Positions 56,413 to 64,000 of a stretch of 64,000 nt of DNA are shown here, one piece after another. Position numbers and translations under genes: made by a program. Location: the NCBI GenBank assembly GCA_964468795.1, contig CAYXWL010000001.1:232246-296245 (forward strand), written 5' to 3'. The notes under the pieces are model-generated. The model worked only from the letters and a program-made list of their open reading frames with translations, searched no databases and was not told where the DNA came from. Position 1 is the stretch's first letter. Every line of letters begins with the position of its first letter. Source of the stretch: an uncultured Candidatus Saccharibacteria bacterium. GTDB taxonomy: Bacteria > Patescibacteriota > Minisyncoccia > Phycocordibacterales > DATDWN01.

Positions 56413-56700
56413 ACTGCCTCCATCTGTACCAATCCTAGTCCTACGCTCCTCAAAATGAGGAGTGTGGCTGGTAGTACAGATTTGTAATATATTATATCAC
56501 TATTTGTACTGTAGTGTCAATATATCCCTGATAAAGAAAAAACTCCATTTATGGAGTTTTTTCTTTACACGAGTTTGTCGTTCTGAGGATTTTTGCTAGA
56601 GTTCGAGGTGGGAGTGCGGATTGCGACCAAGCTGTACAAGTAGTATTGCGCGGGAGCAAACGCAAGCGACAAACAAAGAAATCGAGCAAAAAGACCAGAA

Positions 56701-57234
56701 CTACTTTTTGAATGGGAATCCTAGGTGCCGTAGATAGGCCTCAGTCTCTTTCTTATCCTTTATATTTGTAACAATTGTTACCGCAAGTCCGAACACATCT
56801 TTTAGTTCTTCATCTCCTGTTTCTGGGAAGATAGTGTGCTCTCTTATTCCTAAAGTGTAGTTTCCCATCTGATCAATGCCATTTGTAGAAATTCCTCTAA
56901 AGTCTTTTGTTCGTGGAAGAGCAATGTTTACAAGTCTGTCTAGAAAATCATACATTCTCTGACCTCGCAATGTTACCTGCATTCCAATAGTGTCTCCCTG
57001 TCGTACCTTGAAAGCTGCGATAGAAATCTTTGCTCCTCTTCGTGATGGCTTCTGGCCTGTAATTTTTGCAATTCTGTCTGCAACAAGTTCGATTTTCTTC
57101 TTATCAAATCTAGAACCAGTTCCAACAGAAACAACCACCTTTTGGATCTTTGGTGCCTGCATTACGTTCTTGTATCCAAAATCAGACTTTAGAACATCGA
57201 AACTCTTTTTTGTTTTTGCTTTTATTGATTCCAT
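56701..57234 (-). CDS. rplE: 50S ribosomal protein L5
   Basis: Conserved L5 sequence NVMQAPKIQKVVVSVG. Confidence 0.9.
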   Translation of the reverse strand: MESIKAKTKKSFDVLKSDFGYKNVMQAPKIQKVVVSVGTGSRFDKKKIELVADRIAKITGQKPSRRGAKISIAAFKVRQGDTIGMQVTLRGQRMYDFLDRLVNIALPRTKDFRGISTNGIDQMGNYTLGIREHTIFPETGDEELKDVFGLAVTIVTNIKDKKETEAYLRHLGFPFKK

Positions 57235-57244
57235 GACAGTTTTA

Positions 57245-57463
57245 TTACTTTGCCTTAGCTACATTTGAAGCGTGGATAGGCATAGTCTTCTCTATGATCT
57301 GTCCCTTCTCTCCGCCCTTTCGTGCTTTCTGGTGTACCTTTAATACATTTACTCCAGAAACAATAACCTTGTTCTCTTTTGGAAGAGCTTTAACAACAGT
57401 TCCAGACTTTCCTTTGTCCTTTCCTGTTAACACTATTACTTTGTCGTCTTTCTTTATATGCAT
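57245..57463 (-). CDS. rplX: 50S ribosomal protein L24
   Basis: MHIKKDDKVIVLTGKDKGKSG (KOW motif); start moved to internal Met. Confidence 0.8.
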   Translation of the reverse strand: MHIKKDDKVIVLTGKDKGKSGTVVKALPKENKVIVSGVNVLKVHQKARKGGEKGQIIEKTMPIHASNVAKAK

Positions 57464-57473
57464 ATTAGTTTTG

Positions 57474-57851
57474 TTATACAACTTCTGGTGCAAGTGAGAT
57501 TATTTTTTGGTATCCAACATCTCCAATCTCTCGTGGAATAGGACCGAATACTCTTCCCGCAACTGGCTCCTTCTTCTTTTTATCTTTCATTACTATAACA
57601 ACTGCGTTTTCATCAAATCGTACGTATGATCCGTCTTTTCTTCTGAAAGGAGCCTTTTGTCGTACAACTATTGCTCGCACAACATCCTTCTTCTTTGTTG
57701 TCTTTCGAGGCTCTGCCTTTTGTATTGAAATAACTACAAGCTCGCCGATAGATGCGTATCGCTTCTTTGATGAGCCAAGCACCTTGAATACTCGTCCGAT
57801 CTTTGCTCCGGAGTTGTCAGCTATTTTAACGATTGATCGTGGTTGTATCAT
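57474..57851 (-). CDS. rplN: 50S ribosomal protein L14
   Basis: MIQPRSIVKIADNSGAK. Confidence 0.9.
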   Translation of the reverse strand: MIQPRSIVKIADNSGAKIGRVFKVLGSSKKRYASIGELVVISIQKAEPRKTTKKKDVVRAIVVRQKAPFRRKDGSYVRFDENAVVIVMKDKKKKEPVAGRVFGPIPREIGDVGYQKIISLAPEVV

Positions 57852-57861
57852 GGCTTTTAAA

Positions 57862-58113
57862 TTATGCTATTACTTTAAATCTCTTATCCTTTGAGATAGG
57901 TGCGCACTCTTCGATAACCACCTTGTCTCCTATCTTCTTTGTATTTCCAGCATCATGTGCCTTTATCTTCTTGTCTATTGAAATGTACTTGTCGTACTTT
58001 GGATGCTTTACAAATCGAGAAACAAGAACAACAACCGTGTCCTTCATTTTGTCTGAAGTCACTGTTCCTTTCATTGTCTTTCGTGATTTCTTTGTTTCTG
58101 TTGTCTTGTTCAT
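57862..58113 (-). CDS. rpsQ: 30S ribosomal protein S17
   Basis: KGTVTSDKMKDTVVVLVSRFVKHPKY. Confidence 0.85.
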   Translation of the reverse strand: MNKTTETKKSRKTMKGTVTSDKMKDTVVVLVSRFVKHPKYDKYISIDKKIKAHDAGNTKKIGDKVVIEECAPISKDKRFKVIA

Positions 58114-58123
58114 GGTTTATAAA

Positions 58124-58309
58124 TTATTTTGCTCGGTTGATTACTGTTAGGATCTGAGCGATATCCTTTCTTAGTGCCTTTCCCTCCTTTACGTTTCTGG
58201 CATTGCTTCCGCTTACTTGGAATCGGAAAGCTGAAAGAGCTTGTCGTTTCTCAGACAACATTGTATTTAACTCTTTTATGCTCTTGTTTGCAAGGTCTTT
58301 CATTTTCAT
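58124..58309 (-). CDS. rpmC: 50S ribosomal protein L29
   Basis: 61 aa, ELNTMLSEKRQALSAFRFQ. Confidence 0.8.
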   Translation of the reverse strand: MKMKDLANKSIKELNTMLSEKRQALSAFRFQVSGSNARNVKEGKALRKDIAQILTVINRAK

Positions 58310-58318
58310 AGCTTTTTA

Positions 58319-58744
58319 TTATGCGTGTACAGATGAAACAATCTTTGTCTTCAAAGGAAGCTTTGTTCCAGCTTTTCGAAGAGCCTCCTTTGCAACTGCC
58401 TCTGACACTCCGTCTACCTCGAACAAAACTCGTCCAGGCTTTACTGGTGCGCAATATCCAAACAGGTCTCCCTTACCTTTTCCAAGCTTTACTTCAGCAG
58501 GCTTTTTTGTAAGAGGCATGTCTGGGAAAATTCGAATCCACACTCTTCCAGTCTTTCCAACCTCTCGTGAAAGGGCCTTTCGAGCAGCTTCTATCTGGTT
58601 AGACATGATTCTTGCGCCCTGCATAGCCTTTAGACCATGTGAGCCGAAAGCAACTGTTGCACCTCGAGTAGCCACGCCGACTTTCTCTGCGTTCTTTCTC
58701 ATTGTATGCCACTTTCTGTATTTTACTTTCTTAGGTAACAGCAT
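58319..58744 (-). CDS. rplP: 50S ribosomal protein L16
   Basis: [18 protein letters not shown]-like. Confidence 0.9.
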   Translation of the reverse strand: MLLPKKVKYRKWHTMRKNAEKVGVATRGATVAFGSHGLKAMQGARIMSNQIEAARKALSREVGKTGRVWIRIFPDMPLTKKPAEVKLGKGKGDLFGYCAPVKPGRVLFEVDGVSEAVAKEALRKAGTKLPLKTKIVSSVHA

Positions 58745-58754
58745 GGTAGTTTAA

Positions 58755-59411
58755 TTACTTATTGAAAATATCTCCCTTGTATATCCAGACCTTTACGCCG
58801 ATTGTTCCGTATGGAAGTCGTGCTTCGTACTTTGTAAAATCAACATCAGCTCTGAATGTCTGAAGAGGAATTCGTCCTCGCTTCATTTTTTCCTGTCGTG
58901 CCATTGTTGCTCCTCCAAGTCGTCCTGAAAGTTCTATTTTTACTCCCTGAACATCTCGGTTAGCCATAACCTTTTCCATAACCTGCTTTGCAACTCGTCT
59001 GAAAGGAAGTCGCTTTTCAAGACCGTCAGCGATCATCTGAGCAACGATAGTTGAGTTTGATTCCGGAGACTTAACCTCCTTTATATCAACCTTGACTTCG
59101 CCTCCCATTGAAAGCTTGTTCTTTGTTAGGAACGCAATGATGTCGTTCTTTAGCTTTACAGCTCCGTCTCCAGATCGGCCGATAATTACTCCAGGTCTTG
59201 AAGTTTCGATAATGATTCGAAGAACCTTCTCTCCTCTTTCCATCTCGATATTGCTTACATACATTCCTCGGAATCTCTTCTCCAAGTACTGTCGCAAAAG
59301 TACATCGCTCTTTAGGAATTCTTTGTACTTATTCTTTACGCCGAACCATCGAGATTTCCAATCTCTTATGATGCCTAGCCTATGTGAATATGGATGGACT
59401 GTATGTGTCAT
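58755..59411 (-). CDS. rpsC: 30S ribosomal protein S3
   Basis: KH domain and C-terminal S3 domain, 218 aa. Confidence 0.9.
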   Translation of the reverse strand: MTHTVHPYSHRLGIIRDWKSRWFGVKNKYKEFLKSDVLLRQYLEKRFRGMYVSNIEMERGEKVLRIIIETSRPGVIIGRSGDGAVKLKNDIIAFLTKNKLSMGGEVKVDIKEVKSPESNSTIVAQMIADGLEKRLPFRRVAKQVMEKVMANRDVQGVKIELSGRLGGATMARQEKMKRGRIPLQTFRADVDFTKYEARLPYGTIGVKVWIYKGDIFNK

Positions 59412-59434
59412 AAATTTAGTTTGAAAGTTAAAAG

Positions 59435-59854
59435 TTATTTAGTTTTTTTAGTAACCCTTGTCTTTTTTGCTACAGTTGTTTCCTCTACTTCCTTTTTAAC
59501 TTTCGACTTTCTACTTGTTACTTCTTTTGTTCCAAGCTCAATGTAAACAGAGCTTGTTCTCTTTCGAATAGGATGAGATGAGCCTCGTGCTGCAGGTCGT
59601 CGTCGGTAGATTATAGCACCGCCATCTACTTTTATAGTTTTAATTATCAAATCCTCAGTTGGAATCTCTAGTGCCTTTGCGTTAGCAAGAGCCGAAAGGA
59701 TAAGGTTCTTTATAGGAGCTGCAGCTCTCTTTGCAACGAAATCCAAGTTGATAAGAGCCTCCTCAACCTTCTTTCCTCGTACAGAATTAGCAACCAATCG
59801 CATTTTTCGAGGTGCCTGTCTGAAATTTGAAAGTGTAGCTTTTGCTGTTGCCAT
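59435..59854 (-). CDS. rplV: 50S ribosomal protein L22 (with K-rich C-terminal tail)
   Basis: Conserved L22 core; between S19 and S3. Confidence 0.85.
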   Translation of the reverse strand: MATAKATLSNFRQAPRKMRLVANSVRGKKVEEALINLDFVAKRAAAPIKNLILSALANAKALEIPTEDLIIKTIKVDGGAIIYRRRPAARGSSHPIRKRTSSVYIELGTKEVTSRKSKVKKEVEETTVAKKTRVTKKTK

Positions 59855-59871
59855 GGTAGTTCAATAAAAAA

Positions 59872-60210
59872 TTATTTCTTATCTGCTGTAGTTTTAGCAG
59901 CCTGTGCAGCAGAAATTTCAGCCTCTTTCTTCTTCTGCTCTAGCTCCTTCTGCATCTTTCCTCCGTGCTTTATGAATTTCTTTGTTGGAGAAAATTCGCC
60001 TAGTCTGTGGCCTACCATATCTTCTGCCACCAAAACTTCTAGGTGAGTCTTTCCGTTGTGCACTCCGAATGTAAAGCCGATCATCTCTGGAGAGATAACA
60101 CATGCTCTTGACCATGTCTTAATAACCCCTGTCTCTAGAGGCTTCTTTCCTTCAATTTTCTTGAGCAATCGCTCGTCCACGTATGGACCTTTTTTTGATG
60201 ATCGTGTCAT
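59872..60210 (-). CDS. rpsS: 30S ribosomal protein S19
   Basis: [20 protein letters not shown]; extended C-tail. Confidence 0.9.
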   Translation of the reverse strand: MTRSSKKGPYVDERLLKKIEGKKPLETGVIKTWSRACVISPEMIGFTFGVHNGKTHLEVLVAEDMVGHRLGEFSPTKKFIKHGGKMQKELEQKKKEAEISAAQAAKTTADKK

Positions 60211-60368
60211 TTTTGTCTATTTTAATTCCCTCGCCATTTGGCAAGAAGAAAACCACTCAGTAAATTTAAATCGCGTGGTACTGACTTACTTAATAATTCA
60301 AAAAGAATGTAAATACCTCAGTGGCGTCTATACTATACAAAATGCTTAAATATGTCAACAACAAAGCT

Positions 60369-60395
60369 AAAGGGCGGAATACTCCGCCCTTTCCA
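60369..60395. terminator. Hairpin terminator (GGGCGGAAUACUCCGCCC) flanking the inserted Zn-ribbon gene
   Basis: aaagggcggaatactccgccctttcc. Confidence 0.5.
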
Positions 60396-60400
60396 CCTCT

Positions 60401-60646
60401 CTAGGTGGGATCATAAATCCTTACAAGTGCAGTACACCGCGTACAATGCACCTCGCCTAGCCTAGTTACTGGATCTACATTTACTATCTTGTGCTCTTGA
60501 GGAGTAGACGAGCATACGGGACAGTTCTTTCCATCAATCGGAATGGCCTGCGTACCGAACTCTGTTCTCCATATGGCAACAAACCCAGCTTCACCAACTG
60601 CTCTTGCAAGAGCTTCGAGCATCCTGCCTCTCTTGGTTTCTTCCAT
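60401..60646 (-). CDS. GC-rich inserted zinc-ribbon small protein between rplB and rpsS
   Basis: 81 aa, CPVC..CTRC, GGAGG SD; compositionally distinct. Confidence 0.5.
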   Translation of the reverse strand: MEETKRGRMLEALARAVGEAGFVAIWRTEFGTQAIPIDGKNCPVCSSTPQEHKIVNVDPVTRLGEVHCTRCTALVRIYDPT

Positions 60647-60832
60647 GATTCCTCCGATTATTAATTTAATTCTATTATGGAAATAAAGTCAAAGGCCATC
60701 TTGCATTCGTAAAACTTCCCAATTTGGGTGAGATACGACGGGAGAAAACAAAAAATGCACCGAGGTGTACATATAGTACATTGAGGTGCATTTTTGGTTT
60801 TTGGACCGAGTAGGTCGCCAAATTTGGAAGTT

Positions 60833-61675
60833 TTACTTGTTCTTTCCAACTCGTCGTCGTGACACAATAAATTTGTTTGAATACTTCTTTGGAGTTCGTG
60901 TCTTCTGTCCCTTTCCTGTTGGCTTTCCGTAAACTGAGATTGCTCGTCTTCGTCCTCTTCCTTGTCGTCCTTCTCCTCCTCCGTGTGGGTGATCCACTGG
61001 GTTCTGAGCTGTTCCCTTTACTGTAGGCCTGATACCCAACCATCGTGATCGTCCGGCCTTTCCTAGGTTTACTAGTCGGTTCTCATCGTTTGATACATCA
61101 CCGATAGATGCCCACGCAGTATCTTTTACCTTTCGAACTTCTGTTGAAGGGAGCTTTAGGTCAACATATCCGTTGTCCTTTGAAATAACTTCAACATAGT
61201 TTCCGGCAGATCGAGCAAGCTTTGCTCCACCGTTCGGTTTTAGTTCAACGTTGTATACAAATGTACCAATGTTGATGTTTTTTAGAGGAAGTCTGTTTCC
61301 AGGCTTCTGCTCTGCATTCTCACCTGTAACTAGAACATCTCCAACTCGTACTGCCTTTGGAAGAAGAACATATCGCTTCTCTCCGTCGTGATACTGAGCA
61401 AGACCGATAAATCCTGTTCTGTTTGGATCATACTCAACTGTCTTGATAGTGTAAGGAATATTTATTTTGTCGTATCGAAAATCAACAGCTCGGAAAAGTC
61501 TCTTGTGGCCACCTCCCTTATGTCGCGTTGTGATGATGCCTGAGTTGTTTCGGCCCATGTCTCGCTTGTAGCCATGTGTCAAAGACTTTACAGGTTCTGA
61601 TGCAGTAATGAAGTTGCCATATGAGATGGTCGTCATTCCTCGTCGTGATTTTGATGTTGGTCGGTATCGCTTCAT
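60833..61675 (-). CDS. rplB: 50S ribosomal protein L2
   Basis: HKGGGHKRLFR and C-terminal GGEGRQGRG-rich region. Confidence 0.9.
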   Translation of the reverse strand: MKRYRPTSKSRRGMTTISYGNFITASEPVKSLTHGYKRDMGRNNSGIITTRHKGGGHKRLFRAVDFRYDKINIPYTIKTVEYDPNRTGFIGLAQYHDGEKRYVLLPKAVRVGDVLVTGENAEQKPGNRLPLKNINIGTFVYNVELKPNGGAKLARSAGNYVEVISKDNGYVDLKLPSTEVRKVKDTAWASIGDVSNDENRLVNLGKAGRSRWLGIRPTVKGTAQNPVDHPHGGGEGRQGRGRRRAISVYGKPTGKGQKTRTPKKYSNKFIVSRRRVGKNK

Positions 61676-61684
61676 GTGTTTGTA

Positions 61685-61966
61685 TTAGATGACTTCTACC
61701 TTCTCCCCCTTCTTAAGGTATACATATGCCTTCTTGTAACCAGACTTTACACCTCGCTTGCCTCGAACAAAAACATTCTTTGCAGGAATTGTGACTGTTG
61801 AGATCTTGACCGGAGTTGCCTTGTACTTCTCTACGAATGCCTTTCGAATAGCCTGCTTTGTTGCATCCTTTGATACCTCGAATACATACACTGAAGACTC
61901 GGACTTCAAAGCTGCTTTTTCCGTTATGTGTGGCTTTACTAAAAATGTTGCAAGGTCTTTTCTCAT
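61685..61966 (-). CDS. rplW: 50S ribosomal protein L23
   Basis: 93 aa, conserved position between L4 and L2. Confidence 0.85.
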   Translation of the reverse strand: MRKDLATFLVKPHITEKAALKSESSVYVFEVSKDATKQAIRKAFVEKYKATPVKISTVTIPAKNVFVRGKRGVKSGYKKAYVYLKKGEKVEVI

Positions 61967-61976
61967 ATTGATTTAA

Positions 61977-62642
61977 TTACTTTGAAAGCTTCGTTGCTAT
62001 CTGAGGGAGACCCTTCTCAGGGTTTGAGATAACGACGTACTTGTACTTCATAAGGTCGACCGGATTCATGTTTCGGATCTCATCTACGACAAGATTGCCG
62101 AAATTTCGAAGACTCTTCTCAGTGTTCGCATCCTTGCTTGAAAGAGCGATCAATGCTGAGTTCTTTCGCTTGCTGACGAGGTCAGTAAAGCCCTTTACTT
62201 TTGCGAGTGTAGACAGAGCTACCTTTGCATCCTTTGTCTTTGGAGCCTTAAATGAAATATCATCAACAAAGAGCACCTTCCCATCCTTGTACTTTGCAGA
62301 CAAGATAGTATAGAGGGCCTTAGCCTTCATCTTCTTGTTTACCTTTCGAGTATAGTCCTTGTCGTTTCGAGGGCCATGTGTAATACCTCCGTGTCGCCAG
62401 AGTGGAGATCGTGTAGAACCGTGTCGCGCTCGGCCTGTTCCTTTCTGCTGCCATGGCTTCTTTCCTCCTCCAGATACTTCTCCTCGAGTCTTTGTGTGAG
62501 CAACGTTTGTTCTGCTTGATGATTCCATTGAAACAACAACCTGGTGCACCAAGTCAGCATTCCAAGGTAGTCCGAAAACAGACTCAGGTAGCTTTACTTT
62601 TCCTGCCTCCTTTCCTTGTAGATTGTAGATTACGCTTTCCAT
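61977..62642 (-). CDS. rplD: 50S ribosomal protein L4
   Basis: GGGKKPWQQKGTGRARHGS. Confidence 0.9.
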   Translation of the reverse strand: MESVIYNLQGKEAGKVKLPESVFGLPWNADLVHQVVVSMESSSRTNVAHTKTRGEVSGGGKKPWQQKGTGRARHGSTRSPLWRHGGITHGPRNDKDYTRKVNKKMKAKALYTILSAKYKDGKVLFVDDISFKAPKTKDAKVALSTLAKVKGFTDLVSKRKNSALIALSSKDANTEKSLRNFGNLVVDEIRNMNPVDLMKYKYVVISNPEKGLPQIATKLSK

Positions 62643-62656
62643 AGTTATGTATTTAA

Positions 62657-63268
62657 TTAGCCTCGCACTTCTACGACTGTTCCTCGTCGTCCTGGAACTG
62701 CACCTCGGATAAAGAGTTCTCCTGTCTCCTTGTTTATTGAAACAATAGTGAGATTCTTTGTGGTGATCTTCACCCCTCCCATTCGGCCGGCCATTCTCTT
62801 TCCTTTAGCAACTCGGCCTCCGTCTCGTCCAGCACCTCCAATAGATCCTGGCTCTCGCTCTGAGTGCTTCTGACCGTGCGATCGTGGTCCTCCTGCGAAA
62901 CCATGTCGCTTAACCACACCCTGGAATCCCTTTCCCTTTGAGATGCTTGAAACTGTTACCTTGTCTCCAGCAGCAAAAGCAGATAGGTCAACCTTGTCTC
63001 CAAGATTAAGGGTAGAGTCACCTTCAACTCGCATCTCCTTTAGATGAGCGAACTTTCCCTCTTTCATGTGGCCAGAAAGCGCCTTGTTGATGTTCTTAGC
63101 AGAACGAGTACCGAAACCAAACTGCACAGCAGAATAGCCATCTTTTGCAGATGTCTTCACCTGAGTCACTGTCATTGGACCAGCCTTAACGACAGTTACA
63201 GGATGCACAACTCCCTCAGCATCGAAGATCTGAGTCATGTTTACTTTTGTTCCGAGGATGAATTTCAT
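62657..63268 (-). CDS. rplC: 50S ribosomal protein L3
   Basis: MKFILGTKVNMTQIF..GFAGGPRSHG. Confidence 0.9.
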   Translation of the reverse strand: MKFILGTKVNMTQIFDAEGVVHPVTVVKAGPMTVTQVKTSAKDGYSAVQFGFGTRSAKNINKALSGHMKEGKFAHLKEMRVEGDSTLNLGDKVDLSAFAAGDKVTVSSISKGKGFQGVVKRHGFAGGPRSHGQKHSEREPGSIGGAGRDGGRVAKGKRMAGRMGGVKITTKNLTIVSINKETGELFIRGAVPGRRGTVVEVRG

Positions 63269-63454
63269 TGTATTTCTGGTGACGGTTTGCGGACAGTAAT
63301 GCGAGGAGAATCCTCACAACATTGCTCTTTACTAGCCACCCATTTAAAAAAGCCTTTTCGGCGTTTGCCTACTGTAGCAGATATCGTTTTTTATTTCAAG
63401 TGCTATTTGACTCAATCTGTAAAAATCTATATTGTTCTGCCAGAGGTATCGAAC

Positions 63455-63730
63455 ATGCTTGGTAATCTGTTCTTTTGGAGCTACCTTCTTTTGGGAGCTC
63501 TCATGGCTCTCGTATGCTTCTTTATCCTAAGAGATGACTTTGCCCTCCAAGAGGAGCTGGAAACGATCCGGGCTTCCAGCCTCATTGCCGGATTCAGCTT
63601 CGTTCTGGCAGGCCTTGCAATTGCATTCTGGCTCCGAAATCTAGCCTCCTTTACAGTTTGGGGGTCCGCTACCGCATGCTACTGGATGCATATCTTGCTT
63701 GTACTCAGAGCACGGGCATCGAAAAAATAA
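63455..63730 (+). CDS. GC-rich small membrane protein gene upstream of rplC (where rpsJ would normally sit)
   Basis: 91 aa, two or three TM helices; followed by two hairpin terminators (63744-63762, 63778-63802). Confidence 0.4.
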   Translation: MLGNLFFWSYLLLGALMALVCFFILRDDFALQEELETIRASSLIAGFSFVLAGLAIAFWLRNLASFTVWGSATACYWMHILLVLRARASKK

Positions 63731-63965
63731 ACGTTACTCAATCGTCCGGAACGCCCGGACGATTTCTCGTACAATAAAACCACCGAGAATGGTGGTTTTT
63801 TGATTAGATTATCTTTACGTCGATGTTGACTCCTGACGGAAGCGATGCTTATACACACGTTCTCTATCTAAGGCAGTGTCACATAACGTCAATTGACATT
63901 TATAAGTAAATAGAGTATAATTATAAAAGATAAAATTTCGATCTTTCTCAAGAAAGGAGAGAAGG

Positions 63966-64000
63966 ATGGCTCAATCTGCCCATGATTTTGACAGTCAATT
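63966..64000 (+). CDS. 5' end of an ORF (MAQSAHDFDSQ..) with AAGGAGAGAAGG SD, truncated by window edge
   Basis: SD + ATG; too short to assign. Confidence 0.25.
   Translation, partial: MAQSAHDFDSQ

Overview
This 64-kb window appears to come from a low-GC, small-genome bacterium; housekeeping genes run at roughly 35-42% GC. By inference it carries hallmarks of the CPR/Patescibacteria: a compact type IV pilus (T4P) operon next to comF, an S10/spc ribosomal-protein cluster with no L30 gene (the gene for ribosomal protein S10 not adjacent to rplC), and a diversity-generating retroelement (DGR). The genetic code is standard (UGA is used as a stop codon).

Segment 0-10 kb is a complete T4P operon on the minus strand: pilD (partial), two pilins, pilC, pilT, a CheY-like receiver protein, pilB, a PilP-position small protein, pilO, pilN and pilM. 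A divergent comF lies next to it.

Segment 10.6-18.4 kb is a mobile/defence-like island. It carries an XRE regulator paired with an ImmA/IrrE metalloprotease, a ParB-fused DNA methyltransferase overlapping a second beta-class DNA methyltransferase, and several unknown proteins. It ends with a MazF-like protein, a Nudix-HD (RelA/SpoT-type hydrolase) fusion and an EEP-family nuclease.

Segment 18.45-27.8 kb is compositionally distinct (about 55% GC) and densely structured. It holds about 15 small ORFs with strong AGGAGG ribosome-binding sites, including Zn-ribbon/Cys-rich proteins and a sigma-70 region-4-like protein. It also holds three type III hammerhead ribozymes on the minus strand, two families of repeated 5'-UTR stem-loop/palindrome modules with compensatory base changes, and two divergent promoter regions with perfect TTGACA-N17-TATACT / TAGGAT / TATATT consensus. 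One of these promoters drives a roughly 335-nt structured RNA that ends in its own terminator.

Segment 27.8-34 kb holds a GNAT acetyltransferase, a large serine recombinase, and a complete DGR. The DGR consists of a target gene with a C-terminal variable repeat (VR), a template repeat (TR) differing from VR at exactly 15 positions that are all TR adenines, an Avd accessory protein, and a reverse transcriptase (RT). The RT is frameshifted at a (GA)n tract, and avd is encoded back-to-back with it. A tRNA-Ser(GCU) follows, with a 20-bp partial duplication of its 5' end nearby.

Segment 34-64 kb is housekeeping. It includes zwf, a pilin-like gene, recG, tRNA-Ile(UAU), ftsH, smpB followed by tmRNA, infC-rpmI-rplT, an RNase J-like beta-CASP nuclease, ndk, map, adk, secY and 20 ribosomal-protein genes. 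This region is interrupted at several operon junctions by GC-rich small-ORF cassettes with their own ribosome-binding sites and terminators. A structured repeat of about 110 nt occurs twice (after smpB and after secY).

Coordinates of non-ORF features are approximate, within about 2 nt.
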